From the NCBI GenBank assembly GCA_965237955.1, contig OZ250169.1, positions 1,536,001 through 1,600,000 on the forward strand: DNA of 64,000 bases, given 5' to 3'. A model generated the notes under the pieces. The model did no database searches, was not told the origin of the DNA, and saw nothing but the letters and a program-made list of their open reading frames with translations. Every line of letters starts with the position of its first letter. Within the stretch, counting starts at the first letter, position 1. The position numbers and the translations under genes are program-made. Origin of the DNA: Candidatus Marinacidobacterales bacterium. Lineage in GTDB: Bacteria; Acidobacteriota; Vicinamibacteria; Marinacidobacterales; SMYC01. Positions 43,892 through 54,950 of this stretch are shown here, piece by piece.

Positions 43892-44535
43892 TCTTCGCAG
43901 GCGGGATCCTCCACCTGCTGGTGGTGGCGCTTCCGCTTCTTTGCCTCGGGCTCCTCGGCGCCAGCCTGCGGGATCCGGCAACGCTCATCTTTCTTGTCGG
44001 TGCGTCCGCGCTCTACGCGGGCGACACCGTGACGATGCAGTGGAAGTCTTCGGAGTCACGCTCGGCGCTGAACTCGCGCGCGAAGCGTTGGGCTGCGGTG
44101 ACCGGCTGTTTGTTGCTGTTGCTCTTCTGGGCGTGCTTACTCGAGCGTGCGGTCACAGCACCCGCGGGTTCGTGGCTTCAGGCCCTCGGCGGTGCAATCC
44201 TTCTTTCAGGTATTACTCTGCGCGCTCTGGCCGTCCGCACGTTGGGCCGCAACTTTCGCACCGAGATCGAAGGCGTCGACGACGCGCTCGTGCGAAGCGG
44301 CGTGTATCGCTTCTTGCGGCATCCCTCGGAGACGGGTTTGCTCGCTGCGTCGCTGGGAGCGGCGGTTCTTCTACAAAGCGTGCTTGGCCTCGTCGTCTGG
44401 TGCGGTGCACTCCTCCCGGTGACGCTCGCCCGTTTGGCACTGGAAGATCGCGCCCTCGAGCTACGTTTCGGAACACTCTACGAACGATACGCCGAGGAAG
44501 TCGGCGGACTGGTCCCGCTGTCTCGCGGACGCTAG
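43888..44535 (+). CDS. isoprenylcysteine carboxyl methyltransferase / PEMT-family membrane protein
   Basis: LGRNF, LVRSGVYRFLRHPS, EDRALELRFG..Y. Confidence 0.85.
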   Translation: MIFAGGILHLLVVALPLLCLGLLGASLRDPATLIFLVGASALYAGDTVTMQWKSSESRSALNSRAKRWAAVTGCLLLLLFWACLLERAVTAPAGSWLQALGGAILLSGITLRALAVRTLGRNFRTEIEGVDDALVRSGVYRFLRHPSETGLLAASLGAAVLLQSVLGLVVWCGALLPVTLARLALEDRALELRFGTLYERYAEEVGGLVPLSRGR

Positions 44536-44544
44536 TCCGGTCGG

Positions 44545-44745
44545 GTGGACTCACCGACGAAGATTACAATCGTGGATGACGTCGTGACAAAACGGGCCAC
44601 GCTTCTCGCGGCTGCCTCGCTTCTCGCCGCGAGGGTTCCGTCCGCAGATATTCGGGCCTTCGCGCTCTTGAGGACTATGGGGTTCCTGCCTGAGGTTCAG
44701 CGCATCGTGGACCCCGTGGTTGGGCAGATCTCGCTGAACCGCTAG
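44545..44745 (+). pseudogene. phosphoribosyltransferase C-terminal fragment
   Basis: ITIVDDVVTKRATL PRPP-binding motif; N-terminus absent. Confidence 0.6.
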
Positions 44746-44869
44746 GGAGGAGTGGACCGCGACCCATAAGCGGTTTCTCCCGAATTGCGTCCCGTCCTCG
44801 CGGTACCACCCGAAAGAAACGACCTTCAGTTCGACAACGAGCTCAACGCAACCCAGGGTAGAACTTTCG

Positions 44870-45010
44870 CCGACGATGGGCGCGTGATCCGCCGTGTGTT
44901 CAAAACCGACCCGTTGATTTGCAAAAACTGCGTCGGCAAGGTGCGCGTCGTTTCTTTCATTCACCGAGCCAGCTCATCCGCCAGATCTTGGACCATCTCC
45001 AAAACCGCAT
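44870..45010 (+). mobile_element. IS91-like transposase extreme C-terminal remnant
   Basis: IRRVFKTDPLICKNC..KVRVVSFI...IRQILDHL. Confidence 0.65.
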
Positions 45011-45121
45011 TAGTCGGGACCCTCCTCTTCCGCCTGACCCGTTTTCCAAAATCACCAATCTCTCACTCTGTCCTAGGCTCACTGCCCCAGCGGCTGTTTC
45101 GTCCGCGCAGCAACCTGGATC

Positions 45122-45175
45122 TAAGTCTTAGCCCGCGTCATCCCCATGTAGCAAGCCTCCGTTCTTCCTGCAGGA
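45122..45175 (-). pseudogene. UvrD/PcrA helicase motif VI remnant
   Basis: LQEERRL/(C)YMGMTRAK with a 1-nt shift. Confidence 0.5.
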
Positions 45176-45391
45176 TACGCGCGTGGGCCGTTGTGCAATG
45201 AAACCGATAGCCGCTCCGTTTGCACAACCGTAGAACCCAACCTGCGCCGCTTCCTCTGCGGGTCGGTGGCGAGTTTCATGACCAACCACGTGGTCCATTC
45301 AAAGGCCTTCCACGACCGCAAGACCTTGGAGCGGTGCCTCGGCCCGCTCACGCCGAGGGAGACATCATCAACCGAAACCGGAGAGGGGAGG

Positions 45392-46837
45392 GGAGATGCC
45401 CCTGAGATAGTTGAAGGTTAGGAGTGGCGGCTCCTAAGGCCGGGTTCGATAGAATCCGGCTGTGAAGGAAAAAGAAAGGAGCCACCACGATGGTCAAATT
45501 ACCAAATCATCGATGCGAAGAACAGGAAGAAGCTTCGAGAGATACTGAGCTCGAAGGGGCAAGCTCTGTTGCCGTTCTTGGATGCGATTGAGCGAACCGA
45601 GATAGCGATCGACGAAGTGATCGACGTTGCTGGCCGAGCGACGATCGAAGCGGTCTTGGATCTGTCAGCCCAAAGTGTGGCTGGGGAGAAACACCCGGGG
45701 AAGAAGGGTAGCGATGTTCGCTGGCACGGCCGGCAGGGTGGCGTAGTAAGCCTTGCGGAGCGGAAGTTGAGAGTGAGCCGGCCACGTCTGCGGCGTAAGG
45801 GAAAGGCAGAGGGAGGGGAGGTTGCGATTCCTGCCTACGAAGCGGTGAACAACTCGTCTCGGCTGAGCCAACGCATCTGGGAAATCCTGATGCTGGGTGT
45901 GTCGACGCGCAAGTACGCGTCGGTTCTTCCCGAGATGGCGGAGACGGTAGGGGTTAGCAAGAGCGAGGTGAGCCGTGAGTTCGTGGAAGCAAGCGCGGAG
46001 CAGTTGCAGGGGCTGATGGAGCATCCGCTGGACGAGCTGGAGATCGCGGTCGTGTACCTGGACGGGATTCGCTTCGGCGAGCACCACGCGCTGGCGGCAA
46101 TCGGCGTAGATACAGAGGGATACAAACATGTTCTGGGGCTTCGGGATGGAGCATCGGAGAACCAGATAGTGTGCAAGGCGCTGCTGGAGGACCTGGTCGA
46201 ACGAGGCCTGAGCCCAGAGCGGTGTCGGCTGTTCGTGATCGATGGCTCCAAGGCGCTACGGGTCGCCGTCGACGCTGTGTTCGGTACCCACAACAAGGTC
46301 CAGCGTTGCAGGAAGCACAAGGAGCGCAATGTGCTCGGTTATCTGCCGCAGGAGCTGAAGCCGCAAGTGCAAGCGAGCCTGCGTTCGGCCTGGCAGCTCC
46401 CAGCAAAGAAGGGCAAAGCGCGGTTGGAGCAACAGGCGAAGTGGCTCGAGGACGACTACCCCTCGGCGGCGGAGAGCATCCGGGAGGGGCTCGACGAGAT
46501 GTTCACCATCAACGAGCTCGACCTCCCCGCATCTCTGAAACGCTGCCTTGGATCGACGAACATCATCGAGTCGTGCTTCAGCGGTGCGCGAGGTCGTACC
46601 CGTCGCGTCACCCGCTGGCGCAATGGCAAGATGGTTCTGAGATGGGCCGCTTCGGCTCTGCTCGCCACGGAGAAAAATTTCCGTCGTATCATTGGATACC
46701 AATCGCTACCGATCCTCGAAGCGAAGTTAGCGGAGGTCACTGAGAATCAAGCGCTCGACAAGCACGCCAAAGTCGGGTAAACCATGTGTCAGGAGCCGCC
46801 ACCACCTCGAACCTTCAACTATGGTGGGGGCACCTCC
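45392..46837 (+). mobile_element. IS256-family element, copy 2 (1446 bp)
   Basis: TIRs as in copy 1; 9-bp TSD GAGGGGAGG (45383-45391 / 46838-46846). Confidence 0.93.
45569..46780 (+). CDS. IS256 (Mutator-type) transposase; +1 insertion just after the natural ATG at ~45490
   Basis: GVSTRK, YLDG, IDGSKAL, QRCRKH, STNIIES. Confidence 0.85.
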   Translation: MPFLDAIERTEIAIDEVIDVAGRATIEAVLDLSAQSVAGEKHPGKKGSDVRWHGRQGGVVSLAERKLRVSRPRLRRKGKAEGGEVAIPAYEAVNNSSRLSQRIWEILMLGVSTRKYASVLPEMAETVGVSKSEVSREFVEASAEQLQGLMEHPLDELEIAVVYLDGIRFGEHHALAAIGVDTEGYKHVLGLRDGASENQIVCKALLEDLVERGLSPERCRLFVIDGSKALRVAVDAVFGTHNKVQRCRKHKERNVLGYLPQELKPQVQASLRSAWQLPAKKGKARLEQQAKWLEDDYPSAAESIREGLDEMFTINELDLPASLKRCLGSTNIIESCFSGARGRTRRVTRWRNGKMVLRWAASALLATEKNFRRIIGYQSLPILEAKLAEVTENQALDKHAKVG

Positions 46838-47049
46838 GAGGGGAGGGGCGATTGCCGGCAGTAGGATCCAGCAGTACTACGGCCACGCCTTGGAGCGTCT
46901 CTGCGAGGACGGAATGGACGCTATCCTCGAGCGTCTGGACATTGCCTTGGCCGATATCGTCGAGATGGGGCCCTTCTTCCAGCAGTCGCGCGGCCAGCAG
47001 GAGGGACTGCAGATCGACTGGATGATCCTACGCCGGGACCGTCTGGACG

Positions 47050-47420
47050 GAGCTCTTGCGAGGGCGGTTGTGGGGCGGGCTTCGCTTGCCGTGCCGGCAG
47101 CTTGCGGATCACGGTCGGGGCATCCGGCTTCGGCGCAATCTCGACCACCAGTTCTTTGATCGCAGCCTTCGTCTTGTGGGTCGCTCGCGCTAGGAGCTCA
47201 TCGCGATTCTCGTCCGTTAGATGCGATGCGATCTCGACGATACCGCTCAAGTGCAAGCGTCCGTCCGCAAGCATTGTCAGCAGCATCGGATGTCTCCGCG
47301 ACGCACGAGCGACGCCTATCCGCAGATAGGCCTCTGCCTTCGACAAGTGCAACACATCGATGCAGTACTGAAACATCGAAGGCGACGCTTCGCGCGCGAA
47401 CAGTCGCCGCGCGTCGACTT
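47050..47420 (-). pseudogene. DUF222/HNH-endonuclease-type protein N-terminal fragment
   Basis: EVDARRLF..SMFQYC..LHLSKAEAYLRIGVARA..LADGRLHLS. Confidence 0.65.
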
Positions 47421-47948
47421 CGAGTCGGCAGCCCTTTGTCCATCAACGCGCTTCGCGAAGATCTCGACGTGAGCCACAAGACCGTCAGCAAATGGCTGGA
47501 CATCTTCGAACGCCTCTACGCGATCTTCCGGCTCTCGCCTTTCGGCGCACCCAAGCTATGGGCCGTCAAAAAAGAACGGAAGCACTATCACGCAGATTGG
47601 ACTGTCGTACCCGACGAGTCGATACGGTTCGAGAATCTCGTCGCCGTTCATCTTCTGAAATGGGTGCATTTCCAACAGGACGCCAAGGGTCGCGAGCTGG
47701 AGCTTCAATACTTTCGCGACGTAGATGGACGCGAAGTCGATTTCGTCGTCGCCGAACGGCGAAGGCCCATTCTCTTCCTCGCGTGCAAGTGGAAAGACGC
47801 GAACGTGACCAAGGGTCTGAACTATCTCAAAACCCGGTTCCCCGATTGCGAAGCGCTCCAGATTCACGCTATGGGGAAGAAAGACTACGAGACGTCACGC
47901 GGCGTGAGAGTGGCCCCAGCCGTCGACTTCCTGTCGACGCTCGTGTGA
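47421..47948 (+). pseudogene. AAA+ ATPase (DUF4143) C-terminal fragment
   Basis: VGSPLSINALREDL..VKKERKHY..FENLVA..YFRDVDGREVDFV. Confidence 0.75.
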
Positions 47949-47989
47949 GACACGATCGGGCAGGTCGCCGCCGAACGACTCCTGCCTGG

Positions 47990-48730
47990 TCAAGATGCCT
48001 CCGACAGCTGGCGGAGCATCTCCCTGGCTTTCTTGGCAAGACCCCGCTGGCGGCGCTTCATGTACTTCGGGGCATACTCGAACTCCTGGAGCGCGGTGGC
48101 GAGCTGGGCCTGCGCTTCATCGCGATTTTCGGCGAGGCCGAGATAGTAGGCGTAGGCGATCCGGTGTTGCAGGCGGGGGCTCGTCTTGACGAGCCGAGAC
48201 AAGACGTCGATGGTCTCGGGCCGACGTTCCAGTTTCCACAGCGCGTGTGCCAGCTTGGCCCAGCCGTCGTAGTCGTGGTGCCGAGGATCGATATCGACCA
48301 GCCGGCGCAGGTGTTCGACCGCCCCCTTCTCGTCGCCGAGGCCGATCCTGGAAACCCCCAGTCCGTAGAGGGCGTCGCACGAATTGGAATCCATCTCGAG
48401 CGCTCGTTCGAAGAGCTTGGACGCCTCCTCATATTCGTCCGCGTCGTGGAGGGCCTGAGCCAAGCTCACCTGGTTGGCCAAGCTGGGTGTCTGCTCTGCA
48501 TTGTGCCGGAGCTCTTGGATGGACGCGGGCCTATCGAGGAGGGAGCCGAACGGAGCTTTCAGCCATGCAAAATCGGGGTCGTGGATCTTGTACTTGAAAA
48601 AGTAGAACCATTCCCCGAAGGGCATGAGGATGACCCAATACCAGTAGCGAGGGATGCCGGGCCGGCCGATGGCATCCACGAGCATCCAAACGCTGAACGC
48701 AGATTGGAGCAACACCAGTAGCCGGGGCAT
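47990..48730 (-). CDS. membrane-anchored TPR protein
   Basis: Two N-terminal TM segments followed by TPR helices. Confidence 0.8.
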   Translation of the reverse strand: MPRLLVLLQSAFSVWMLVDAIGRPGIPRYWYWVILMPFGEWFYFFKYKIHDPDFAWLKAPFGSLLDRPASIQELRHNAEQTPSLANQVSLAQALHDADEYEEASKLFERALEMDSNSCDALYGLGVSRIGLGDEKGAVEHLRRLVDIDPRHHDYDGWAKLAHALWKLERRPETIDVLSRLVKTSPRLQHRIAYAYYLGLAENRDEAQAQLATALQEFEYAPKYMKRRQRGLAKKAREMLRQLSEAS

Positions 48731-49055
48731 GTACAGAAATTTCCTTCAGGTTGCGGGAAGCAGAGTCGCGTCATTTAATGGTAGGGACCTGGCCCGAGGC
48801 CGTCAAGCGCTACCTACGGGCGCTATACGTGGGCTTTGAGCGTTCCGACCGTGTCCTGAATCGCACACACGACCGCGGGAATCCCCGCGCAGAACGCGAC
48901 CTCGCCGATGTCCTGGCACCCACCGGTTTCGCGTGGTAGAGCTTCTGCGTGAACGGGATACCCCACTTCGGGTCGTACACCAACGCATCCACGACCATCT
49001 CGCCGGCACCAAGGTCGTCGAGGCTTAGCGGGCATCCATGAGACAATAGCCTCAG

Positions 49056-49837
49056 GTGCAGACCGCCCAACCACTGAGCAACCGCACGTATTTGGAAACC
49101 CCGGAAAACGTGCGGCTCGCGTTTCGCCTTGCCGGCCCGGGCACGCGCTTGGGCGCCTACGGGATCGATCTGGTGATCCGCATCGCCATTTTCTACGGGA
49201 TCGCCTACGTTCTGACCCTACTCCAACCTTTCACGGGAGCGGATCTGACAACGGGCGTGTTCTTCGTCCTGGCGTTTGTTCTCGAGTGGGGCTACGGCGC
49301 GTTTTTCGAAACCTGGTGGAACGGCCAGACGCCGGGAAAGCGGACCCTCGGTCTGAGAGTGATCAAGACCGAAGGCTACGCCATCGGCTTCTACGAAGCG
49401 ATGCTGCGCAATCTTCTGCGAGCCGCCGACTTCGTACCTCTGTTCTACGCAGCCGGGTTTATCGCCGCGATCTCGACCTCTCGCATGCAGCGTATCGGAG
49501 ACATCGTCGCCGGAACGATGGTCATTCTAGAAAAACGCCCCGAGCTGAAAGGCGACCTCGCAGGGTTGACAGACTACGACGCGTTCCCGCTGACGGAGTT
49601 CGAGCATCGCTTCCGCCCGTCGGAGAAAACGCTCGAAGCCATCGAGGCACTGTTTCGCCGGCGTCTCGAGCTCGCTCCCGCCCGGGTCGACGAGATCGCC
49701 TCGGTGCTCGCGGAGCCTATCGGAAAGCGTCTCCTTACCTCCGGGCAGCGGCGCTACGCTCACGAGAAGCCGAGCGTTTTTTGTTTCGCGTTCTCAGGAG
49801 CGCGCGCGGCACCTCATCCGAGGCGCAGGCCGCATGA
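49056..49837 (+). CDS. RDD family protein (3' homopolymer frameshift at ~49780)
   Basis: ETPENV, RLGAYGID, GQTPGK, QRIGDIVAGT; the true tail FLFRVLRS..AQAA* is in another frame. Confidence 0.85.
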
Positions 49838-50951
49838 ACAAGCAAACGTTTCTCCGCGAGCGAGAACCGGTTTGGGCACGTTTCGAGTCTCTTCTCGACC
49901 GTGCGGGATCGCCAGCACAGACGAAGCTGTCTTCTGCTGAAGTCAGTGAGCTCTCCGAGCTCTTCCGCGCCCTCTGCTATGATCTCGCCCAAGTCCGCTC
50001 GCGCGATTGGGGCTCGTCCATCGAGAGATACTTGAACGACCTCGTGGTGCGCGGTCACAGCGCGTTCTACGGCGCGAAGCCCTTGAAACGCGGTCGCGTT
50101 CTCAGCTTTTTCGCTCGCGGCTTCCCGCAGCTGTTACGACAAAACCATAGATTTTTCTGGGCCGCGTGCGCGCTGTTCGCGATCCCATGGCCGTTAGCTG
50201 GACCGTGGTCGCCTCCGATCCGAGCCTCGCCCACCGAGTCCTGCCCGGCTCGATCCTCTACACGATGGAAGAGATGTACGCGCAGGACTTCGACGATCTC
50301 GACAAGGAAGGTCTCGGGCAAGAACGACAAGATCGGCAAGACGCGGCGATGGCGGGATTCTACGTGCGCCACAACACGTCGATTGCGTTCCAGTGCTTCG
50401 CACTTGGATTTTTTCTCGGGCTCGGCACCATCTACGTGCTACTGTCGAACGGCATCCAGCTCGGAACGGTTGCAGGCTACGTCCTAGTCCCCTGGATCTT
50501 TGATTACTATACAAAGTTAGGCTTTTCGCCAGCCCATAATATTCATAAGATTCATGCACTTAGAAGGGTTTCGGCAAGCTCTGCTTTATCTAGTTTGTTC
50601 TGATACAGGGGACTAGCCCAAGGGCACGGAGAACGATTCCTCGGTTTCGTCGCCTCGCATAGCTCGTTCGAGCTCACCGCGATCGTCGTCTCCGGCACCG
50701 CCGGTCTCGTGCTCGGCCATGCGATCGTCGCACCGGGCAATCGATCGCGTGTCGACGCGCTGCGCGTGCGCGGTCTCGTCGCCGTGCAGCTCGCGCTCGG
50801 CGCAGCCGGAATGCTCTTCGTGGCCGCGACGGTCGAGGGTTTCTGGTCGGCGCAGCCGCTGCCTCCGATGGTGAAGTACTCGGCGGCCGCGGTTCTCTGG
50901 ATCGCCGTGATCGGATATCTCGGCTTTGCCGGTAGAGGGCGTCACGCATGA
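49834..50951 (+). pseudogene. SpoIIM/DUF95 membrane protein disrupted by a frameshift (~50185) and MITE copy 3
   Basis: YLNDLV; removing the MITE restores YVLAQGHGERFLGFVASHSSFELTAIVVSG. Confidence 0.88.
50488..50612. mobile_element. 125-bp MITE, copy 3
   Basis: CTAG at 50484-50487 and 50613-50616; two substitutions relative to copy 1. Confidence 0.92.
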
Positions 50952-51775
50952 GATTGGAAGGCGCGACCCTCGCGCTCGAGCCGCGTTCGGTGGGCGAGTG
51001 CATCGATCTCGCCGTCCTCTTTTATCGCCGACATGCGACCAAGCTCCTGTCGCTCTCGCTTCTCTTCGGAGCGATTCCCGTAGCGGCCGGCGGCGGCGGC
51101 TCCTCGAGCGGGACGGGATGGCTGTGGTCGGGATTGGCGTTCGTCTTCGTGTCGCCGTTTCTAGGCGCCGCTGTGGTTGCGGGCGCGGGGCACCACGTGT
51201 TCGGCGAGGACTTCACCATGAAAAACGCGCTTCGCCACGTGCGTACCCGCCTCGGCACGCTTGTGCTGTTGCTCCCGGCGGCCCGCCTCGCCTATGGCGC
51301 CGTGAGCACTATGAGTTGGGGGCTCCTGACGGTCCCGGTGGCGACACGCTACGGCTTTTTGTCCGAAGTCGTCATCCTGGAACAGCAGCAGGGATATCGG
51401 ATCGCGAAACGCTGCGAAGAGATTCTGCGCGACATCTACTTGGAAGCGTGCGGTCGCTACACCGCGATTGCGGCCTTCGCTTTCGGCTCGAGCTTGACTT
51501 TGTTCATCCTGATGGATCTCGGCTCCCAAGTCCTCTTCGGAATCCCGGTTTTCGCCGCCAAGGTCTCGTGGGCGGTGGCGGCCAACGATATTCCGAACTT
51601 GCTGGCGTACGATCCGCTGCTCGTCGGGACTCTTTCGGCCACGTGGTGGCTCGTCTATCCTCTTGCGCGCCTCGCCTGGTTTTTTTGTTATTTGGACGCG
51701 CGGGTTCGCAAAGAGGGTTGGGATGTGGAGATCGCGCTTCGGGTCGAAGCGCGGAGGCTTTCGCATGCGTACTAG
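50948..51775 (+). CDS. membrane protein of the MoxR cluster
   Basis: PRSVGECIDLA...YLDARVRKEGWDVE. Confidence 0.8.
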   Translation: MRLEGATLALEPRSVGECIDLAVLFYRRHATKLLSLSLLFGAIPVAAGGGGSSSGTGWLWSGLAFVFVSPFLGAAVVAGAGHHVFGEDFTMKNALRHVRTRLGTLVLLLPAARLAYGAVSTMSWGLLTVPVATRYGFLSEVVILEQQQGYRIAKRCEEILRDIYLEACGRYTAIAAFAFGSSLTLFILMDLGSQVLFGIPVFAAKVSWAVAANDIPNLLAYDPLLVGTLSATWWLVYPLARLAWFFCYLDARVRKEGWDVEIALRVEARRLSHAY

Positions 51776-52511
51776 CTTCTTCCTGTGCGCCATCGCCCTA
51801 ACCGCCGCGGTCGAGCTATCGGCGCAAGACGGGGGCTACGAGTACCAGGACAAAGGCTTCGTTCAACAGACGGTCGAAGACGTCATGGCGCGGCCGGAGT
51901 TCGAGCGGCTCCGGGATGCCGAGGATGAGGAAAGCAAAAACCCCGCCTGGCTCGAGCGCATCCTCGACTGGATCGAGCAGTGGCTCGCGGGCGGAAACGT
52001 CCAGCAAGAGCGTGATATGGGTTCAGGCGTCGCCTATCTCGTGTACGCAGTTGCTTTTCTCATCGTCTCTGCCGCTTTGGCTTTCATCCTCAAGTCGGTT
52101 CTCGAATCAGCGAAAGAGCGCGAGCTCGCAAGCGAGCAAGAGCGAGCTCGCCTGGTGCGAGCCGGCGCCGCTCCGGGGGAGACTCCACCCGAGGGTTTTT
52201 GGGCGCGCGCTCAGGAGCTCGCCGCCCGTGGCAACGAGAAGCTCGCGATTCGAGAGCTCCTGTTCGGAGCGATGTCGAGCCTCGAGAGGCGGGGACTCAT
52301 TCGCCATCGACGTGGTTTGACCAACCGCGACTACCTTGGGGCAACGTCGGGCGGCATGCGCGCATCTCTCCGGACGATTGTCACCGCGTTCGAGCGCGTC
52401 TATTTCGGGCGTCGCGCGGCGAGCTCGGAGGGTTTTCGCGAATGTTCCGATGCGTACCGCGAGGGTTTTGGCGTGTCCGATCCTCCGGAGCTAGGGGCCA
52501 AGCCCACATGA
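51765..52511 (+). CDS. DUF4129 domain protein
   Basis: AIRELL, TNRDYL, FERVYFG. Confidence 0.8.
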   Translation: MRTSFFLCAIALTAAVELSAQDGGYEYQDKGFVQQTVEDVMARPEFERLRDAEDEESKNPAWLERILDWIEQWLAGGNVQQERDMGSGVAYLVYAVAFLIVSAALAFILKSVLESAKERELASEQERARLVRAGAAPGETPPEGFWARAQELAARGNEKLAIRELLFGAMSSLERRGLIRHRRGLTNRDYLGATSGGMRASLRTIVTAFERVYFGRRAASSEGFRECSDAYREGFGVSDPPELGAKPT

Positions 52512-53955
52512 ATTTGGTCGGCGGACGCAGCATGGTCGATGCACTCTGGGGCGCGGCATTGGTAGCGCTTCTTCTGTTCGGTTACGGGCTCATCCCTTCG
52601 CCCGATGTGCGCGCGCCGGTCGACTCCTTCAGCGAGGACGCGGCGGGTAAGAAGGCTTTCTTTCTCATCGCGGAGGAGCTCCTCACCGAAGTTGCGCGAA
52701 GCTCGGACTCGCTCATCCCCGACGACGAAAATGCCGACACCCTCGTCATGCTCGGACCGGCACGCTACGCAGCATGGTCGATGCACTCTGGGGCGCGGCA
52801 TTGGTAGCGCTTCTTCTGTTCGGTTACGGGCTCATCCCTTCGCCCGATGTGCGCGCGCCGGTCGACTCCTTCAGCGAGGACGCGGCGGGTAAGAAGGCTT
52901 TCTTTCTCATCGCGGAGGAGCTCCTCACCGAAGTTGCGCGAAGCTCGGACTCGCTCATCCCCGACGACGAAAATGCCGACACCCTCGTCATGCTCGGACC
53001 GGCACGCTACCCGGACCGGGCGCAGTTGCAGACGCTCTACGACTGGGTCTCTCAGGGACGGGCGCTCGTGTTCGCGGCGCGCTGGCAAGACCCCGCGGTG
53101 GAGCTCGAGCCGTTCGGGATCGAGGTCGTGCCCAAGGCGACGACGCCCCCCGATAAGGATGCGAACGACGAAGCCGACGGCACTGACGACACCACGATCG
53201 AGACCGAGCTCGTCGATGTAGCATTCGAGTGGGGGAGCCAAGGCGAAGTCCGGACAACACCAACGGGGGCAACGGACGCAACCGTCGAGCTCAGCGACGG
53301 TGGGTCACCGCAAGTGGTGTGGCGTCCTATCGGCGACGGCGCCATCGTTGTCGTCGCGAGCGACTACATTTTCACGAACCGCTCTCTCACCGCGGACAAC
53401 CACGGGCTTCTCGCATTTCGTATTCTCGAGACCGCGGCTCCCATCGGCCCTGTGTACTTCGACGAAGCCTTGAACGCCGCTGGTGCGCCTCGGGTCGTCG
53501 GTATCTTGCTCGAGGAGCCGTTTCGACTGATGACGATTCAGCTTCTGATCGTCACCTTTCTCTTCGGGTGGATGGCGAGCCGCCGGTTCGGACCTTTACG
53601 CACGAGCGAGGCCGGCGCGCGCCGAAGTCTCGTCGAGCACGCCGAAGCGCTCGGCAACTTGCATTTCAAAGTGGGCTCAGGTTCGAGCCTCGTCGCATCC
53701 TATCTCGAGTTTTTTCGGCGAGAGCTCGGGCTGCGGCACAACCGCGGAGGCGGCGGTGCCCTCGAGCGTGACCCCGCGGCGTCACGCAGCAACACGGAAA
53801 GGGCGGAAGAGGCGGAAGAGATGGATCAGACACTTCTGGAAGCGAGAAGCCCAAACCTTTCCCGCGACCGTGTTGGCGAAACCGTGACGTTCCTGGCACG
53901 ATTGCGAGATGGTTCCGAGTCCCCTGGGAGTCCTAAATGCCGGGAAGTGAAATGA
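52508..53955 (+). CDS. DUF4350 domain protein; the 5' 242-bp duplication shifts the frame and a near-full ORF restarts at 52774
   Basis: GKKAFF, IFTNRSL, YFDE, RRFGP, EHAEALG. Confidence 0.75.
52525..53008 (+). repeat. 242-bp tandem duplication
   Basis: 52525-52766 repeats at 52767-53008, with 'AC' microhomology at the junction. Confidence 0.92.
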
Positions 53956-54938
53956 AAGCCACGACCACACCTGAACCGATCACGCTCGAGCGAGTCGCGA
54001 GTCTGTTCGAGGCGACGCAGGCGGAAGTGAGCAAGGTCATCGTAGGTCAGGAGCGGCTCATCGAAAGTGTGTTGGTCGCGCTCTTCGCCGAGGGCAGCGT
54101 GTTGCTCGAAGGTGTGCCCGGGCTCGGCAAGACGCTTCTCGTCAACGTGCTCTCACGAACCGTTTCCTGTGAGTTTCGACGGATCCAGTTCACCCCCGAC
54201 CTCATGCCGTCGGATCTGACCGGGCACAGCGTCTTCGACATGAAGGAGCAGGAGTTCCACTTCAAGCCGGGACCGGTGTTCACGAATCTGCTGCTCACCG
54301 ACGAGATCAACCGCTCACCTCCGAAGACGCAATCAGCGCTTCTCGAGGTCATGCAAGAGCACCAGGTCACCGCCGACGGTCGAACGTACCAGCTTCGCCG
54401 TCCGTTTCTGGTGCTAGCGACACAAAATCCGCTCGAGCACGAAGGAACCTATCCGCTTCCGGTCGCGCAAATCGATCGGTTCATGTTCAAACTTCTCGTG
54501 GAGTATCCGACCGCGGAGCAGGAGAACAGCATTCTCGCTCACTATGCCGCCGGACGCGATCCGCGTGATTTGACCGGCTTCGACCTCACGCCGGTGATGA
54601 ACGCGGACGACGTGATCGCGGTCCAGCGAGCCACCACGGCGGTCATCGTCGAGCCGAAGGTCATTGCCTACATAACCGAGATCGTCGCCAAGACGCGGAG
54701 CTGGCACTCGGTCGCCGTCGGCGCGAGCCCGCGCGGAAGCGTCAACCTTCTCCTGTCCGCGCGCGTCCTCGCCGCCTGCCGCGGACGCGATTTCGTGACT
54801 CCGGACGACGTGAAGGAAGTCGCAACCTGGGTCCTGCGCCATCGCTTGATGTTGCGCTCGGAGGCCGAGATCGAGGGAGAGACGCCGGACGGCGTAGTCG
54901 CACAAATCTTGAGCTCCGTGGCTGCGCCGCAATCGTGA
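53952..54938 (+). CDS. moxR: MoxR-family AAA+ ATPase
   Basis: GVPGLGKT, RIQFTPDLMPSD, DEINR, ATQNPLEHEGTYPLP. Confidence 0.95.
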   Translation: MKATTTPEPITLERVASLFEATQAEVSKVIVGQERLIESVLVALFAEGSVLLEGVPGLGKTLLVNVLSRTVSCEFRRIQFTPDLMPSDLTGHSVFDMKEQEFHFKPGPVFTNLLLTDEINRSPPKTQSALLEVMQEHQVTADGRTYQLRRPFLVLATQNPLEHEGTYPLPVAQIDRFMFKLLVEYPTAEQENSILAHYAAGRDPRDLTGFDLTPVMNADDVIAVQRATTAVIVEPKVIAYITEIVAKTRSWHSVAVGASPRGSVNLLLSARVLAACRGRDFVTPDDVKEVATWVLRHRLMLRSEAEIEGETPDGVVAQILSSVAAPQS

Positions 54939-54950
54939 CACCGTGATACC

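Larger units (their letters stand above)
45360..47050 (+). pseudogene. AAA ATPase C-terminal fragment interrupted by IS256 copy 2
   Basis: YYGHALERLC...GLQIDWMILRRD, read across the TSD. Confidence 0.45.

Noticed and set aside
48751-49074. Short overlapping ORFs between the TPR and RDD genes
   Set aside because: No recognisable family or convincing RBS; cannot be supported
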